NCBI GenBank assembly: GCA_001750645.1
Contig: MEIF01000001.1
Coordinates: 9,179 to 73,178 of the forward strand
DNA from: Gammaproteobacteria bacterium AqS3
Lineage (GTDB): Bacteria; Pseudomonadota; Gammaproteobacteria; MEIF01; AqS3
Reading direction: 5' to 3'
DNA: 64,000 nucleotides
The position numbers and the translations under genes were made by a program. The notes under the pieces are model-generated. The model had not been told where the DNA came from and searched no databases. It saw only the letters and a program-made list of their open reading frames with translations. Of the stretch, positions 9,214-19,395 are shown in pieces (the first letter of the stretch is position 1; each line of letters begins with the position of its first letter).

Positions 9214-10550
9214 CGCTCCTCAGCGGTCGTTCTCAATATGTTATCCGAACTTCCTCGGCCAATTATATTTCCAGGCATACCAGTCTCCTCAGCTCCCACT
9301 GCAACAAAAATATTAGCCAGGGAAGATGCCGGCGGTTCAACAGGGAAACGCTCTGCCACACTACTTATTGACTCCCCCGCACCATTAATCACTCTGATTG
9401 AATGTTCTTTCAACGTATAGCCCTCTCGCTGCTGTTGCGCACCTGCTTTCCGCAAAAGCAGGTGAAAGCATCCCAACATTTTACTTCTAATCTTGTCTGG
9501 ACATTTTTTAGTTGCAGGCTTCCTATTAGGCACTCCTTCTGCATCTCTACGCCAAGAATACAGGTCTTCGCTACTCAGCGATGAATCAACAGACAGCCAA
9601 TTTTGATTGAAGTCCAATGTAGTTCTCTGCTCAAATTCATCTCGACCTGCTGCCATTAGTTGCCGTAGATAACTCTCAGAAAATGCCCTCCGTAATTCGT
9701 CAAGCACTTCAGCCCCCGAACCCCTCACATGGGCAAAATCAATATTCGGCTGGTGCAGAAGTGCCCAGAGTTCAGGAGCCTTTTCCTCAAGAGCTTTTTT
9801 CTCTAAAAGATCAATCACTGTAACCGATTTCGGATCGGTTCCTTGAAGAGCATCAGCAATAATCTGATTAAGATAGCACCAATCAGACCAGAAACCAACT
9901 ACAAGCAGGTCCTTCTGACTCAGATTAGTTCGCATCCAATTTTTATTTTTTTCAATGCGATCAGAAATGTTTGAATTATCAAGTTGTGATTGTGTCCATA
10001 CAGTGGAAATGCGATCAAGTCTTAAGCAGCCGTGCAACTTCAAGAGCGGGGCTTGAGAGCGAGAATAATTTACCGCTTGTTCTCCATCTAGAGAACCTCG
10101 AAAATCTGCCCCATATTTCTGTGCACCTCGCTCAATTAATTCATCAAAGTTGCAAGAAAGGCAGGCAACAGCCGCTCTTGTGATCAAAAGATCTGCTATC
10201 GCAGAATGACCAAAATTAGGGTGGCTCGCAAATTCGTCCCATGGAACTAAGTTTTCAATGAAGTACACGAGTCCATTCTGTTCTTCATTAGAAAAATGTT
10301 CTGCCAGCGCCTCCAGATTCAGACGAAGTTCAGGTGACATATCTGAATCCGTGCTATCCCGATATTTATCAAAGCATATCTCGGCAATACGACTCGCGCA
10401 AGGCAGATTGCTTGGTTCAGCCATAGACAGACCGGCACCACAAAGCACTACCAATCGGTCAGCATCTATAGATCTCAGCAACCGTTTTCGAATTTTAGGA
10501 CATAACAGAGGCTCATTCATACTTGAAAACTCTTGTCTGAAGCTTCCCAA
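9171..10550 (-). CDS. SIR2-like (SIR2_2 type) domain protein, putative Lamassu LmuA-type effector
   Basis: LVVLCGAGLSMAEPSNLP resembles the GAGxS...P NAD-binding motif, and LLKLHGCL resembles the sirtuin HG motif. First gene of the SIR2 / small / SMC operon. Confidence 0.6.
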   Translation of the reverse strand: MGSFRQEFSSMNEPLLCPKIRKRLLRSIDADRLVVLCGAGLSMAEPSNLPCASRIAEICFDKYRDSTDSDMSPELRLNLEALAEHFSNEEQNGLVYFIENLVPWDEFASHPNFGHSAIADLLITRAAVACLSCNFDELIERGAQKYGADFRGSLDGEQAVNYSRSQAPLLKLHGCLRLDRISTVWTQSQLDNSNISDRIEKNKNWMRTNLSQKDLLVVGFWSDWCYLNQIIADALQGTDPKSVTVIDLLEKKALEEKAPELWALLHQPNIDFAHVRGSGAEVLDELRRAFSESYLRQLMAAGRDEFEQRTTLDFNQNWLSVDSSLSSEDLYSWRRDAEGVPNRKPATKKCPDKIRSKMLGCFHLLLRKAGAQQQREGYTLKEHSIRVINGAGESISSVAERFPVEPPASSLANIFVAVGAEETGMPGNIIGRGSSDNILRTTAEERWLTFKQAQERLEL

Positions 10551-10652
10551 AGTGGCCTATCTTAATCTATCTAGACATTGGAAGGGAAGATATCCAAGCA
10601 ATGAGAGAAAACGATTCTTATATTTGAATGCTATAACTTCTCAGTTTCTGTT

Positions 10653-11174
10653 CTATATATCCAATTTCAGACGAACCTTCTGAACCTTTTTAGATGCCGT
10701 ATGTTCTACTGCAATATAGATATATAGCTTGGAAATATCATGTGGTTCTAGTAATCTCCAAAAGTTTTGCTGGAACATCATCAACCGCATGAAAGTTCCC
10801 GAGGCGAGATTACATGAAAGTTCGCCTTGCACTGTATTAGATGAGAAATCTCCATCCATCAGCCAAAGTCCTAAAGCTTTTTTATGCAATGGCTTATCGA
10901 AAATCTTCATGAAATAATTTGTATATGTATAACATGACACTTTAAGAATTGTCGTGGGCAATCCACTCTTGTTAACTATGGTGATACCAAGAGCTGCAAA
11001 TATAGTTCCATCGGGTAAAGGTTCATCATTATTCCAACTTCCCATGTTTGGTCTAATTTCAATTCGCAGCCGATCTCTTTTTCTATATTCAGCATATATG
11101 TTCCAAGCAAGCGAAATAGTAGCGATAAACACCCCCACCCATGCGGCAATATCTGTATAACTAAATTCTTCCAA
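10653..11174 (-). CDS. small protein with a single N-terminal TM helix. Paralog of 18877..19395.
   Basis: MEEFSYTDIAAWVGVFIATISLAWNIY... Hydrophobic helix at residues ~8-27, then a soluble domain. Unknown family. Confidence 0.55.
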   Translation of the reverse strand: MEEFSYTDIAAWVGVFIATISLAWNIYAEYRKRDRLRIEIRPNMGSWNNDEPLPDGTIFAALGITIVNKSGLPTTILKVSCYTYTNYFMKIFDKPLHKKALGLWLMDGDFSSNTVQGELSCNLASGTFMRLMMFQQNFWRLLEPHDISKLYIYIAVEHTASKKVQKVRLKLDI

Positions 11175-11315
11175 TTTATACTCCTGGTATTTAACTCAAA
11201 CCAATCGGGATGATCAGTTTACCAGTCATCTCGGGATTCAAATAAATCGCTGTAATATCAAAAAGCCTCAGCACAAAATTAATCCAACAGCGAGCATGTT
11301 GCGAATGTAATTACC

Positions 11316-12794
11316 CTAAGAAGTCAACTTTATTAGTCTCTTATATCGCGAGTCATCTTCGAACTGAGGCTGGACTCTTACTATCATTTCAAGACAATCT
11401 TTGAGATGCCCTTTTGATATTTGAGGAACCTTTGCATCAATAATGAGAGCTAAGAAGTCTAAAGTTTCTGCAGGCTTGATTCCACATAACTCTGACTTAT
11501 GCAACTCGTAAATCTGGTCGGAAGGCACATCCGCTGTAATAGGGACCAACCAATCGCGAAGGAGATTTAGTGCTTCGGGAAAGTTCTCATGCGCCGCAAC
11601 ACACAAACGGCCCAGACCTTCAGAAATATCAGCATGTTCATCAGGAGTCAAATTCCCCGGATTTTCTGGCCAAATTGCTTTCAAGTAGGGAGCAATCCGA
11701 TTCAACCAATAATCAGCACGCTGATCACCCGCATCTCTCAGTGTTCTCACTAACGTCTGAGTCACCTTTTGCAGACCATCCGGCGGCAGAAGGCGAGTAG
11801 CCTCGGCCAACTCGGAATTGAGGAAATTACCATCAGGGTTTAGGGCAGTGACAGTGATGAAATCAGCATATTGCCTACCGTGTGTTCCCAGAGCTTGATA
11901 ATGATTTACAGTGTCAAGAACGTTGTGCTTGATAGCCTCCATCAAAGGAGGATAAACGTAGGGGTTCAACAAGAATCCTCTCCAAATCGAGGCTGCTTCA
12001 TCTGGAAATCGATCCCAATCAAACAAAGGAAGCAGATATAAATCTGTCCATTCCTTATCCACAGTAAATAGCGCATCAGCATAGTTGGCAAGTATCACAC
12101 GACCATGGCGGTATTGTTGGATCTGTAAATCACACAACTTGGTGAATACAGGCTCAAGCTCGCTCGGTAACTTTTGACCTTCTTTGGGCGGCCACCGATA
12201 CCACCAACGAAACAGTGCTTCTGTCACATCTCCCACTGGATGATTGATAGCGCAAAAGACAGGATCTTCGCTATGTATCAAGATTTTATGTTCTATGGCA
12301 AGTATTCGCTTTACTAGTGAGAAAAAATGTGTTTCATCTTTTTCAAAGCTTTTGGCCATCAGCCATAACCACCGACTGATTTCCTCGGCAATGTCAGGCA
12401 ATTTATCGTCTGGAATACCAGCCAATAGAACAGCCATTTTGCCCCAAGATTTGTGAATGACCTCCTCCTCAGGCCAAGACTGAAAAGCTTCGTGCCAGAA
12501 CATAAGCCGCCAGTTATCTTTATCAGCCAGCTCACATAAGGCATCAGCTGTCGCATCAAAATCGTCGCGACATTTTTTCCGCCAATCTTCTCGCGCATGC
12601 GTATTGGTGACAGAATGTTTATTGAGCCAAACAATCAGTTTTTGAACTTTAACAGAATGAGATTCATCATTCTTACTTCCCTTAGAGTAACGGCGAGAGA
12701 GCTCCTCAAGCTTTCTCCTAGATTCTTCACTCAAATCTATACCTGAAGCCTTCATCTCTGACAACCTCAACCAGATTTCTCGATCCTTACTCAT
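11316..12794 (-). CDS. C-terminal half of DSR2-like protein, unit 3, helical partner domain
   Basis: Homologous to the C-terminal third of the 1242-aa fused protein and to 14979..16772. Shared blocks are INHPVGxxTEAL..WWYR, KYRHGRV.LA, LLPLF.W and YADFITV.AL. It is in the same frame as the upstream SIR2 ORF, separated by TAG + AAC. Confidence 0.7.
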   Translation of the reverse strand: MSKDREIWLRLSEMKASGIDLSEESRRKLEELSRRYSKGSKNDESHSVKVQKLIVWLNKHSVTNTHAREDWRKKCRDDFDATADALCELADKDNWRLMFWHEAFQSWPEEEVIHKSWGKMAVLLAGIPDDKLPDIAEEISRWLWLMAKSFEKDETHFFSLVKRILAIEHKILIHSEDPVFCAINHPVGDVTEALFRWWYRWPPKEGQKLPSELEPVFTKLCDLQIQQYRHGRVILANYADALFTVDKEWTDLYLLPLFDWDRFPDEAASIWRGFLLNPYVYPPLMEAIKHNVLDTVNHYQALGTHGRQYADFITVTALNPDGNFLNSELAEATRLLPPDGLQKVTQTLVRTLRDAGDQRADYWLNRIAPYLKAIWPENPGNLTPDEHADISEGLGRLCVAAHENFPEALNLLRDWLVPITADVPSDQIYELHKSELCGIKPAETLDFLALIIDAKVPQISKGHLKDCLEMIVRVQPQFEDDSRYKRLIKLTS

Positions 12795-12797
12795 GTT

Positions 12798-14915
12798 CTA
12801 CTCCTCAAACTCTGAATCGTGATTAGCCGGCCCTGCGATAATCGCCTCCTCAAGCCTCTTGAACTCATCTGGATTTAGCCTCTTCGGGAGTACCCTGAGT
12901 AACTCCAGAACTTCAGGTTCACTTTCCGAAGCCCAGAGCCATTTACCCTCCTCTTCCAAAAGCCAATCTAAAGCGATACTAGCAGGGATTGCGTCACCTT
13001 GAGCGGCAGCGAACAACGCGAGCCTTTGAAAAAGCGGGCAAGGTTCAGTCCACCAAGATATTGCCTCAGCAGTCGCCTTATATGTCGACTGCCTTTCCAA
13101 GGCTAGCCAAGCATTACGGATAGGGTCTATCAACGTCATCCAATCGTGAATATTATCATCTCGAGAATGCTCATTGATCGAAGTCTGTCGAATATATACC
13201 AATCCACTTTCTTGATTTGCGGACTCAGTTTTCTGGATAAGATTAAAAGCATTTCGTAATGAATCAGTAAATTCAGGCAGAAGTGTCGGCAACGCCGATA
13301 TCCATTGTTCTTCATTATTAAGCTCCATCAAAGAATCAGTATTTCCGCCTGCCAAAGCAACCTCCCAATAAATCAAAACTCCCTCATCCTCGGGCACTTG
13401 TCCCCTAGCCAATTTATCAAAATCGCGCAACAATATGCGCGGGTTCAGAAGTTTCCGAAGCTCTTGAAGTGAGAATTTAGTCAGCCCATCAAGCCTAAAT
13501 TCGTTACACCAGATCTGAAAAGACCGACTCCGCCCTTCACGTCTAATACTCCTTTCAATCAACCGCTCCCAAAGTTCTCGCATGAACGGATTGAAGCCGC
13601 CTTCATCCCTACTATCATTAGTCTCTCCATCAATCAGCTTATATAGATGCCTGCGAAAAAACCAAGAAAATTTCTCGCGTAATTCACTGCCATCATTGGC
13701 GAGCCATTCCAGCAGTCTTGGATCATTAAAGTGACTAGTTAACCAAGAAATCAGGGGCTTCTGCATTTCATTCGCTGTTCTTTCTTGAACTCGTGTATCG
13801 GTAACGTTCGTTAAAGACTCCTTGAATCTTCGATTTTCAGCCATGGGCTTCAACCAAGCTAAAGAGTGAGCCGGATTCGACTGTGCGAAGCATTCAGATG
13901 GTTTGCCACTAGGATCTCTTAGTACCCATAACATTAAACCGACAAAGTAGCTCTCCGGGGTGTTATTAATAGGGTCGTAATGGACATACTTTTTAACGAT
14001 ATTCACTTTACCTTGCTCTTTTTCATCATAAATTTTTGCCCACTCTTTTAGCGTCTCATGTAGGAGAGTATGTTTAGGATCGGCATAGTACAAAATAGGT
14101 GTGACATTTTTAGCATTCCATTTATCGGCTGTCTGTTCCCTTTCATCAATTTTATGATCTGCAAAAGCAAACATTTCTCTAGTCGGTTCTCCAAGCAGAC
14201 TGTCCGCAGCGAGCGCATCAGTCATGTAACGTATCACTGGATCATTAAGACTATAACCGACAAAGCAAATGATGTATCTACGAAACAACTCGCTCACAAA
14301 ACGAGCCGCCCAACGTTCTGTAAGATATGCCCGACCAAAATCTCCGCTGGAAAGCACCAAGGAATCCAGATCGTCCTCTGTAGGCTCTTGCATCAAAAGG
14401 CCATGCAAATAAACCAGTCCATCCCATCCCTCTTTAGGCACAGGTAATAATGGTGCTTGAAAAGTCTTGGACAGCATCGAACTATCATCATTCATTACCG
14501 TTTCAAATAGACGGTCAAAGTTGGTAGTAACCAAGCGCATGCGGGATTTCTTTTTTGGCTGCTCCCGCGTCTTACTGAGTTTTAACAGTGAATTGTGAGT
14601 TGCAGTCGCATCTGGACAATTAAGTTTGGGCTTCAAAATATCAGGCAGTATGTCTCGCACTTTCTTGCGCCCAAAACGCTGGTTTTTCTCCAACAAATGA
14701 ATGGCACTATCAAATCGCTCCTTATCTATTTCCGATTGTGGCAAAGGGTCATTTGCATCTGAAAACTGATTTACAAGCTGCTGTGCCAAGCAAGCAAAAT
14801 CAGGTAACTTAGCTGAGCGGGATATTCCAGCACCGCAGAAGAACACCACATTGCCCTTCTCATGCTCATCCAATAGATGCTCAGGAATGTCAGGGCCGTT
14901 TTCAGTAAATTGCAT
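12798..14915 (-). CDS. DSR2-like SIR2 (NADase-type) domain protein, N-terminal half of unit 3
   Basis: N-terminal motifs VVFFCGAGIS..LP.F, LVTTNFDRLFE and LVYLHGLL, the SIR2_2 pattern seen in DSR2/ThsA. The C-terminus ends ...ALDWLL..WLW..LLRVL..IIAGP, which is part of the shared linker region. Confidence 0.8.
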   Translation of the reverse strand: MQFTENGPDIPEHLLDEHEKGNVVFFCGAGISRSAKLPDFACLAQQLVNQFSDANDPLPQSEIDKERFDSAIHLLEKNQRFGRKKVRDILPDILKPKLNCPDATATHNSLLKLSKTREQPKKKSRMRLVTTNFDRLFETVMNDDSSMLSKTFQAPLLPVPKEGWDGLVYLHGLLMQEPTEDDLDSLVLSSGDFGRAYLTERWAARFVSELFRRYIICFVGYSLNDPVIRYMTDALAADSLLGEPTREMFAFADHKIDEREQTADKWNAKNVTPILYYADPKHTLLHETLKEWAKIYDEKEQGKVNIVKKYVHYDPINNTPESYFVGLMLWVLRDPSGKPSECFAQSNPAHSLAWLKPMAENRRFKESLTNVTDTRVQERTANEMQKPLISWLTSHFNDPRLLEWLANDGSELREKFSWFFRRHLYKLIDGETNDSRDEGGFNPFMRELWERLIERSIRREGRSRSFQIWCNEFRLDGLTKFSLQELRKLLNPRILLRDFDKLARGQVPEDEGVLIYWEVALAGGNTDSLMELNNEEQWISALPTLLPEFTDSLRNAFNLIQKTESANQESGLVYIRQTSINEHSRDDNIHDWMTLIDPIRNAWLALERQSTYKATAEAISWWTEPCPLFQRLALFAAAQGDAIPASIALDWLLEEEGKWLWASESEPEVLELLRVLPKRLNPDEFKRLEEAIIAGPANHDSEFEE

Positions 14916-14978
14916 TTGAACTTATGGAATCAGGATGTGACTACAAAATAACCGGACAATATTACAGCAAGCCATATC

Positions 14979-16772
14979 TTAACCACCACCATGTTGGCGA
15001 GCCAAAGTATTCAATCTCACATATTGAGGATGCTTTTTAAGATGCGGTGCTTCATCCCGTATCGCATCAAGACAGCTCCTAAGTTGATCTACCGGTAAAT
15101 ACGGTATCTCGTTCTTGACAATCAAATCCAAAAACTCCAGTGCCTTGTCCGGATGATTTTTACAGAGGCCAGAATCATTAAGGGCATCGATTTGGTAGGA
15201 ATGGTCGGTTCTAATTGCACCCAACCAAGACCGAAGAAGATCGAATGCTTCTGGAAAGTTCTCTTCTGCCGCGATACATAAACGGCCTAGGTTTTCAGAG
15301 ATTTCAGGATCAACTCCCTGATTATCCTGTGGCCATATATCCTGTATGTAGGGAACAATTCGATTCTGCCAACAATCCCTCCGCTGCTCTCGCGAACCTT
15401 CAAGCACTTCCCATAATGTTTGAGCCGACCTACTTAAACCTTCTTTTGGAAGTTTTTTAATAGCCTTTGCCAGCTCTTTCTTTGTGAATGTTTCGCCCGC
15501 ATCAAGAGCAAGGAAAGTAAGGAAATCAGCATACTGACTACTGTGATCGCCCAAATCACCATAATGGTCTGGTTCTGCTGTATCAAGAAAATCGGCTTTG
15601 AGAGCATCCATCAGAGGAAGATATAAGCGGGGTGTCCAAAGAAAACTCCTCCAAGCCAAGTAAGCTTCTTGCGAAGATTTCCAGCTGAATAAGGGCAACA
15701 AATTTTCATGCGTCCACTTAGGATCAACCCTGAATATCGTGATGACATTGTCAGCTAGGAACACACGGCTATGACGATATTTTTTAATTTCGATGTTACA
15801 TAACTCAGTAAATATTGATCTAACTTTTTCATCTAATCCAAGATTATCTCTAAGTGATTGGCGATACCACCAGAATATTAATGCTTCGGTTGCATGCCCA
15901 ATTGGGTGGTTAATAGCTTCTCCGACAGGATCTTTTCTATGCTCATCATCTTCATTGTCAAAGTTAACAATCTCAACATTAGCTGCTTTTACGTTCTCAT
16001 GATCCGAACTGAGAATTCGTTCCACAAGCTCGAAAAAATATTCTTCTTGCCCATCAAGCACTTTGGCAATGTCCCGCAACCATAAACTAACATAACGAAC
16101 AAGATCTGGGAATACATCCTCTGGAACTTTAACTAAAGTCCAAGCCAACTTCTCCCAAGATTCTTGGAAACGCTTTTCTTCCGACCAAGCCCGCAGGGCG
16201 TCTCGCCAGCGCACAGAGCACCAATGATTCTCTTTAGCTAGTGCACACAAAGCATCAGAGGTCAAAGCGAAATTGTCCCGGCAACGCTGCCGCCAGTCAT
16301 CTCGCTGTAGGCCATCCGTGCCAGGGTTCTGTTTGAGCCACTTAATGAGTTCAGGGAGCGTGCTCGGTGTGGTGGTAAATTCAGTTGCCTCGTCACCTTC
16401 ACTCACCCGGAAAGAAAATTCGTCTCTTTGATCCTCTGACAGCTCCCACTCTGGATGCTGACTAGAAATATCTTTCAGCTGATCTTTAGCAATTTCACTC
16501 AAATCTGCTCCTGCTTCCTCCATTTTTGCCAGACGAAACCAAATGTTCATGTCTCTATATCTGCGCCAGTACTCAGGGTCAATACCCTCTCCATAAAGGG
16601 CGCGGGGCGGGCCTGCAAGAATGGCTTGTTCTAGCTCAGCCAGCAAGTCTTGTTCAAGTTTCGGTGCGAGTGACACCAGCAAACGCATAACTTCTCGCTT
16701 GGTTTCAGGGACCCAAAGCCATCGGTGCTCACTATCCAAGAGCCAGCCCAATGCACGACGATTAGAAATCAT
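14979..16772 (-). CDS. C-terminal half of DSR2-like protein, unit 2
   Basis: Start chosen at MISNRR, where the ATG overlaps the upstream TGA as ATGA at 16769-16772. The track's longer ORF is an N-terminal extension. The protein begins with the linker block RALGWLL..HRWLW..VMRLLVSL..ILAGP and continues through the same conserved blocks as unit 3 and the fused protein. Confidence 0.7.
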   Translation of the reverse strand: MISNRRALGWLLDSEHRWLWVPETKREVMRLLVSLAPKLEQDLLAELEQAILAGPPRALYGEGIDPEYWRRYRDMNIWFRLAKMEEAGADLSEIAKDQLKDISSQHPEWELSEDQRDEFSFRVSEGDEATEFTTTPSTLPELIKWLKQNPGTDGLQRDDWRQRCRDNFALTSDALCALAKENHWCSVRWRDALRAWSEEKRFQESWEKLAWTLVKVPEDVFPDLVRYVSLWLRDIAKVLDGQEEYFFELVERILSSDHENVKAANVEIVNFDNEDDEHRKDPVGEAINHPIGHATEALIFWWYRQSLRDNLGLDEKVRSIFTELCNIEIKKYRHSRVFLADNVITIFRVDPKWTHENLLPLFSWKSSQEAYLAWRSFLWTPRLYLPLMDALKADFLDTAEPDHYGDLGDHSSQYADFLTFLALDAGETFTKKELAKAIKKLPKEGLSRSAQTLWEVLEGSREQRRDCWQNRIVPYIQDIWPQDNQGVDPEISENLGRLCIAAEENFPEAFDLLRSWLGAIRTDHSYQIDALNDSGLCKNHPDKALEFLDLIVKNEIPYLPVDQLRSCLDAIRDEAPHLKKHPQYVRLNTLARQHGGG

Positions 16773-18706
16773 GAGCTTTCTGCCAAAGCTAAAAATACAA
16801 GCCTGCGAAATATTGGGTAACGAATACCCCACCAACGCTCCACCTCCATGGCTGCTTGCTCAGGGGATTCTTCTTTCAGAGCAATCCACGCATCCCAGGT
16901 CAGATCAATTAATGCAGTCCAATCATGAAAAGCTCTGTTTTGGGAATGCCTGCTAATGGATGGTTGATAGATATAGGACATGTCATTCATATCATCAGCC
17001 GCTTCAAGCCCCCTCATAAGATCAAGCACCGAACGCAACAAACTAGTAAATTCGGGCAGAAGTTCCGGCAGTGCTTTCTGCCACTGAGGATCATTAGAAA
17101 GTCTTTTGACAGCATCATGGACATTACCCGCTGATAATTTAATCTCCCAATTAACTAGGTCGTTGATGTGTTGAGGTTTTTCACCATCAGCATTCTCGAT
17201 CGAACCGCGGAATGGCTCGCTTAACGATATATATGGGGTCAGATTTTTTCTAAGTTCTCGACGCGAGGTCGGAGTGAACCCATATCGCTTGAATCGATCA
17301 TGCCAAAGATACATATCAAAGTTGCGTGCTCCGGGCTTAACACATCCTGTCATCAAGAGGCACCAAAGTTTCCACATTAATCGACTGGGAATACCATTGG
17401 GAGAATTTTGACGAATACGCCTCAATTCATCAATTTTACGCTTGTTTTTCAGCTCAGACAACTCGTTCAATCTATCTTCGATTAATCTCACAAATCTATC
17501 ATCCAATCTGTCACCGTACTGAGAAAGCCAAAGTAATAATCGCGGATCATTAAGATGACGTGTCAACCAGGGCATCAATTGTCGTGTCACATCGTCCCAA
17601 TTACCTCTTTGAACACCTGTTTCAAAGATATTGGTCAGGGGGCTTAGGTACAGCCAATCTAAAAATGGTGCCGAGTTATGCTCAGAAAAGCGTTTGGCAG
17701 GCAGGCCGGTAGGATCCTTCAAAGCCCATAACATCCGAGCAATAAAGTTATCCTCTTGAGTGCTCTCTCTGGGTTTTGTGCGAGCAAGTTCAATGACGAT
17801 CTGTTCCTTGCCTCTCACTCCATCACGATAAGTTTCAGCCCACCGCAATAAGGTCTTATGCAAGTAAGTGTGGCCACTATTTTCAAGGTACAAAATAGGT
17901 CTAACACTCTTTGCCTCCCATTCATGTCGAGACTGCTCTTCTTCATTTTCTGCATGGCTGCCAAAGGCAAAGACCTCTCTTGACATATTTTCAGGCGAAC
18001 GATCAGCGGCAAGTGCATCCATCATATAACGCAGCATTGGATCGCCAATGCTATACCCAACAAAACATACGGTGTAATTGCGAAACAATTCACTTAGAAA
18101 ACGTGCCGCCCAGCCATCTCTAAGATATGCCCTTCCAAAATCACCACTTGAAACAATTAAATCTCCCTGATTATCCCTGGGCCATTGTCCCGTCAAAAGA
18201 CCATGCAGATAGACCAATCCATCCCACTGATCATCTTTTGGAATGGGTAGCAGCGGTGCCTGAAAACGGTCGACTTTCAGTAATCTCTCGGCAATTGCTT
18301 TTTCAAATAGACGATCAAAGTTAGTCGTGACTAAATGCATAGAATTGCTGCGCGTCTTACCCAGTGTCAATAGAGCTTCGTGTGTGTCAGTGGGAGCATC
18401 AAGGCGTACCTTCAAAATATTGGCAAGTCCTTTTCTAATGGTTTTGGAACCGCCAGCTATATATTTTTCCATCAGATTAATAGCAATATCTAATTGACTA
18501 TCACAAATCGCCCTATTAATGGTGTCCCTGATTTGAGGATCAACCCTATCTGAAAAATTGTCATATAGCTTCCTTACCAACCCATCAAAACCCGGCAATC
18601 CAGCTGGATAGGAAATTCCAGCACCGCAGAAGAACACCACTCGACCATCCTCGTGTGCTTGTAACAAGGATTCTGGAATATCGGGGCCGTTGGGGATAAA
18701 TTGCAT
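16769..18706 (-). CDS. DSR2-like SIR2 domain protein, N-terminal half of unit 2
   Basis: MQFIPNGPDIPESLL, VVFFCGAGISYPAGLPGF, LVTTNFDRLFE, LVYLHGLL. Ends FRRLVFLALAESS, just before the linker block. Confidence 0.8.
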   Translation of the reverse strand: MQFIPNGPDIPESLLQAHEDGRVVFFCGAGISYPAGLPGFDGLVRKLYDNFSDRVDPQIRDTINRAICDSQLDIAINLMEKYIAGGSKTIRKGLANILKVRLDAPTDTHEALLTLGKTRSNSMHLVTTNFDRLFEKAIAERLLKVDRFQAPLLPIPKDDQWDGLVYLHGLLTGQWPRDNQGDLIVSSGDFGRAYLRDGWAARFLSELFRNYTVCFVGYSIGDPMLRYMMDALAADRSPENMSREVFAFGSHAENEEEQSRHEWEAKSVRPILYLENSGHTYLHKTLLRWAETYRDGVRGKEQIVIELARTKPRESTQEDNFIARMLWALKDPTGLPAKRFSEHNSAPFLDWLYLSPLTNIFETGVQRGNWDDVTRQLMPWLTRHLNDPRLLLWLSQYGDRLDDRFVRLIEDRLNELSELKNKRKIDELRRIRQNSPNGIPSRLMWKLWCLLMTGCVKPGARNFDMYLWHDRFKRYGFTPTSRRELRKNLTPYISLSEPFRGSIENADGEKPQHINDLVNWEIKLSAGNVHDAVKRLSNDPQWQKALPELLPEFTSLLRSVLDLMRGLEAADDMNDMSYIYQPSISRHSQNRAFHDWTALIDLTWDAWIALKEESPEQAAMEVERWWGIRYPIFRRLVFLALAESS

Positions 18707-18876
18707 CTGAATCTAAGAAAATGAAATAGAACCCTACATTTGACAACAAATCTCTTGCAGGCTGTCTATATGTGCTACAGACGAACAGGCAATTCTACAC
18801 CCACTATTTGGCAATTCTCCATAGCACTTAAAACCTTTATTGACCTAAGTAATAGGATCACGCAAAAAACAGAAGG

Positions 18877-19395
18877 TCAATTTCCCTTCTTATTAGCCTG
18901 AAATTCCTTATCCAACTCAAGAATGGCCTTCAAATTTAAGCGACAAATTTTTGGTGTTTTAGATAGCTCATGCCAAGCATAAACATACAACAAGTTTTCA
19001 CCATATTGCTCTACAGATTTAAGTATAGGTTCAATCTCCACTACATTTTCCCATATATCACTGGATTCCAAAGCATGCGGCAACTTGAAATATTCACGCG
19101 GAACAAGATTTCCCTGTACTGGGCTATTAATAATCTTTGCCCATCTATTCTTATACATCAGAAAATCCAAACGAGTTAGGTTAGTGCGCGAATATCCTCT
19201 ATTGCTTATAGACATGATAAGAAAAGGCGGTCGACGGGGCAGAATTCCTTCGTCGAAATAGCCTTTTTCTAGCTTCACATTAATATTTAGCTTAGGTTTA
19301 TTTGAGTGCTCTCAATAAACATTCCAGAAAAAAGTAAATAATCCGACAATTGCACCAACCCATGCTGCATATTCTGTATAGCTAAATTCTTTCAT
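18877..19395 (-). pseudogene. paralog of the N-terminal-TM small protein (10653..11174), carrying an in-frame TGA at 19312-19314
   Basis: MKEFSYTEYAAWVGAIVGLFTFFWNVY, then TGA, then the same frame continues to 18877. The N-terminus aligns with MEEFSYTDIAAWVGVFIATISLAWNIY. Total length is 173 codons, against 174 for the intact paralog. Confidence 0.55.

Noticed and set aside
19312-19314. TGA in the TM paralog as selenocysteine or a reassigned sense codon.
   Set aside because: No SECIS-like context was examined or is evident. Other island genes terminate with TGA (e.g. at 16769 and 27982), so a simple nonsense mutation or pseudogene is the conservative reading.
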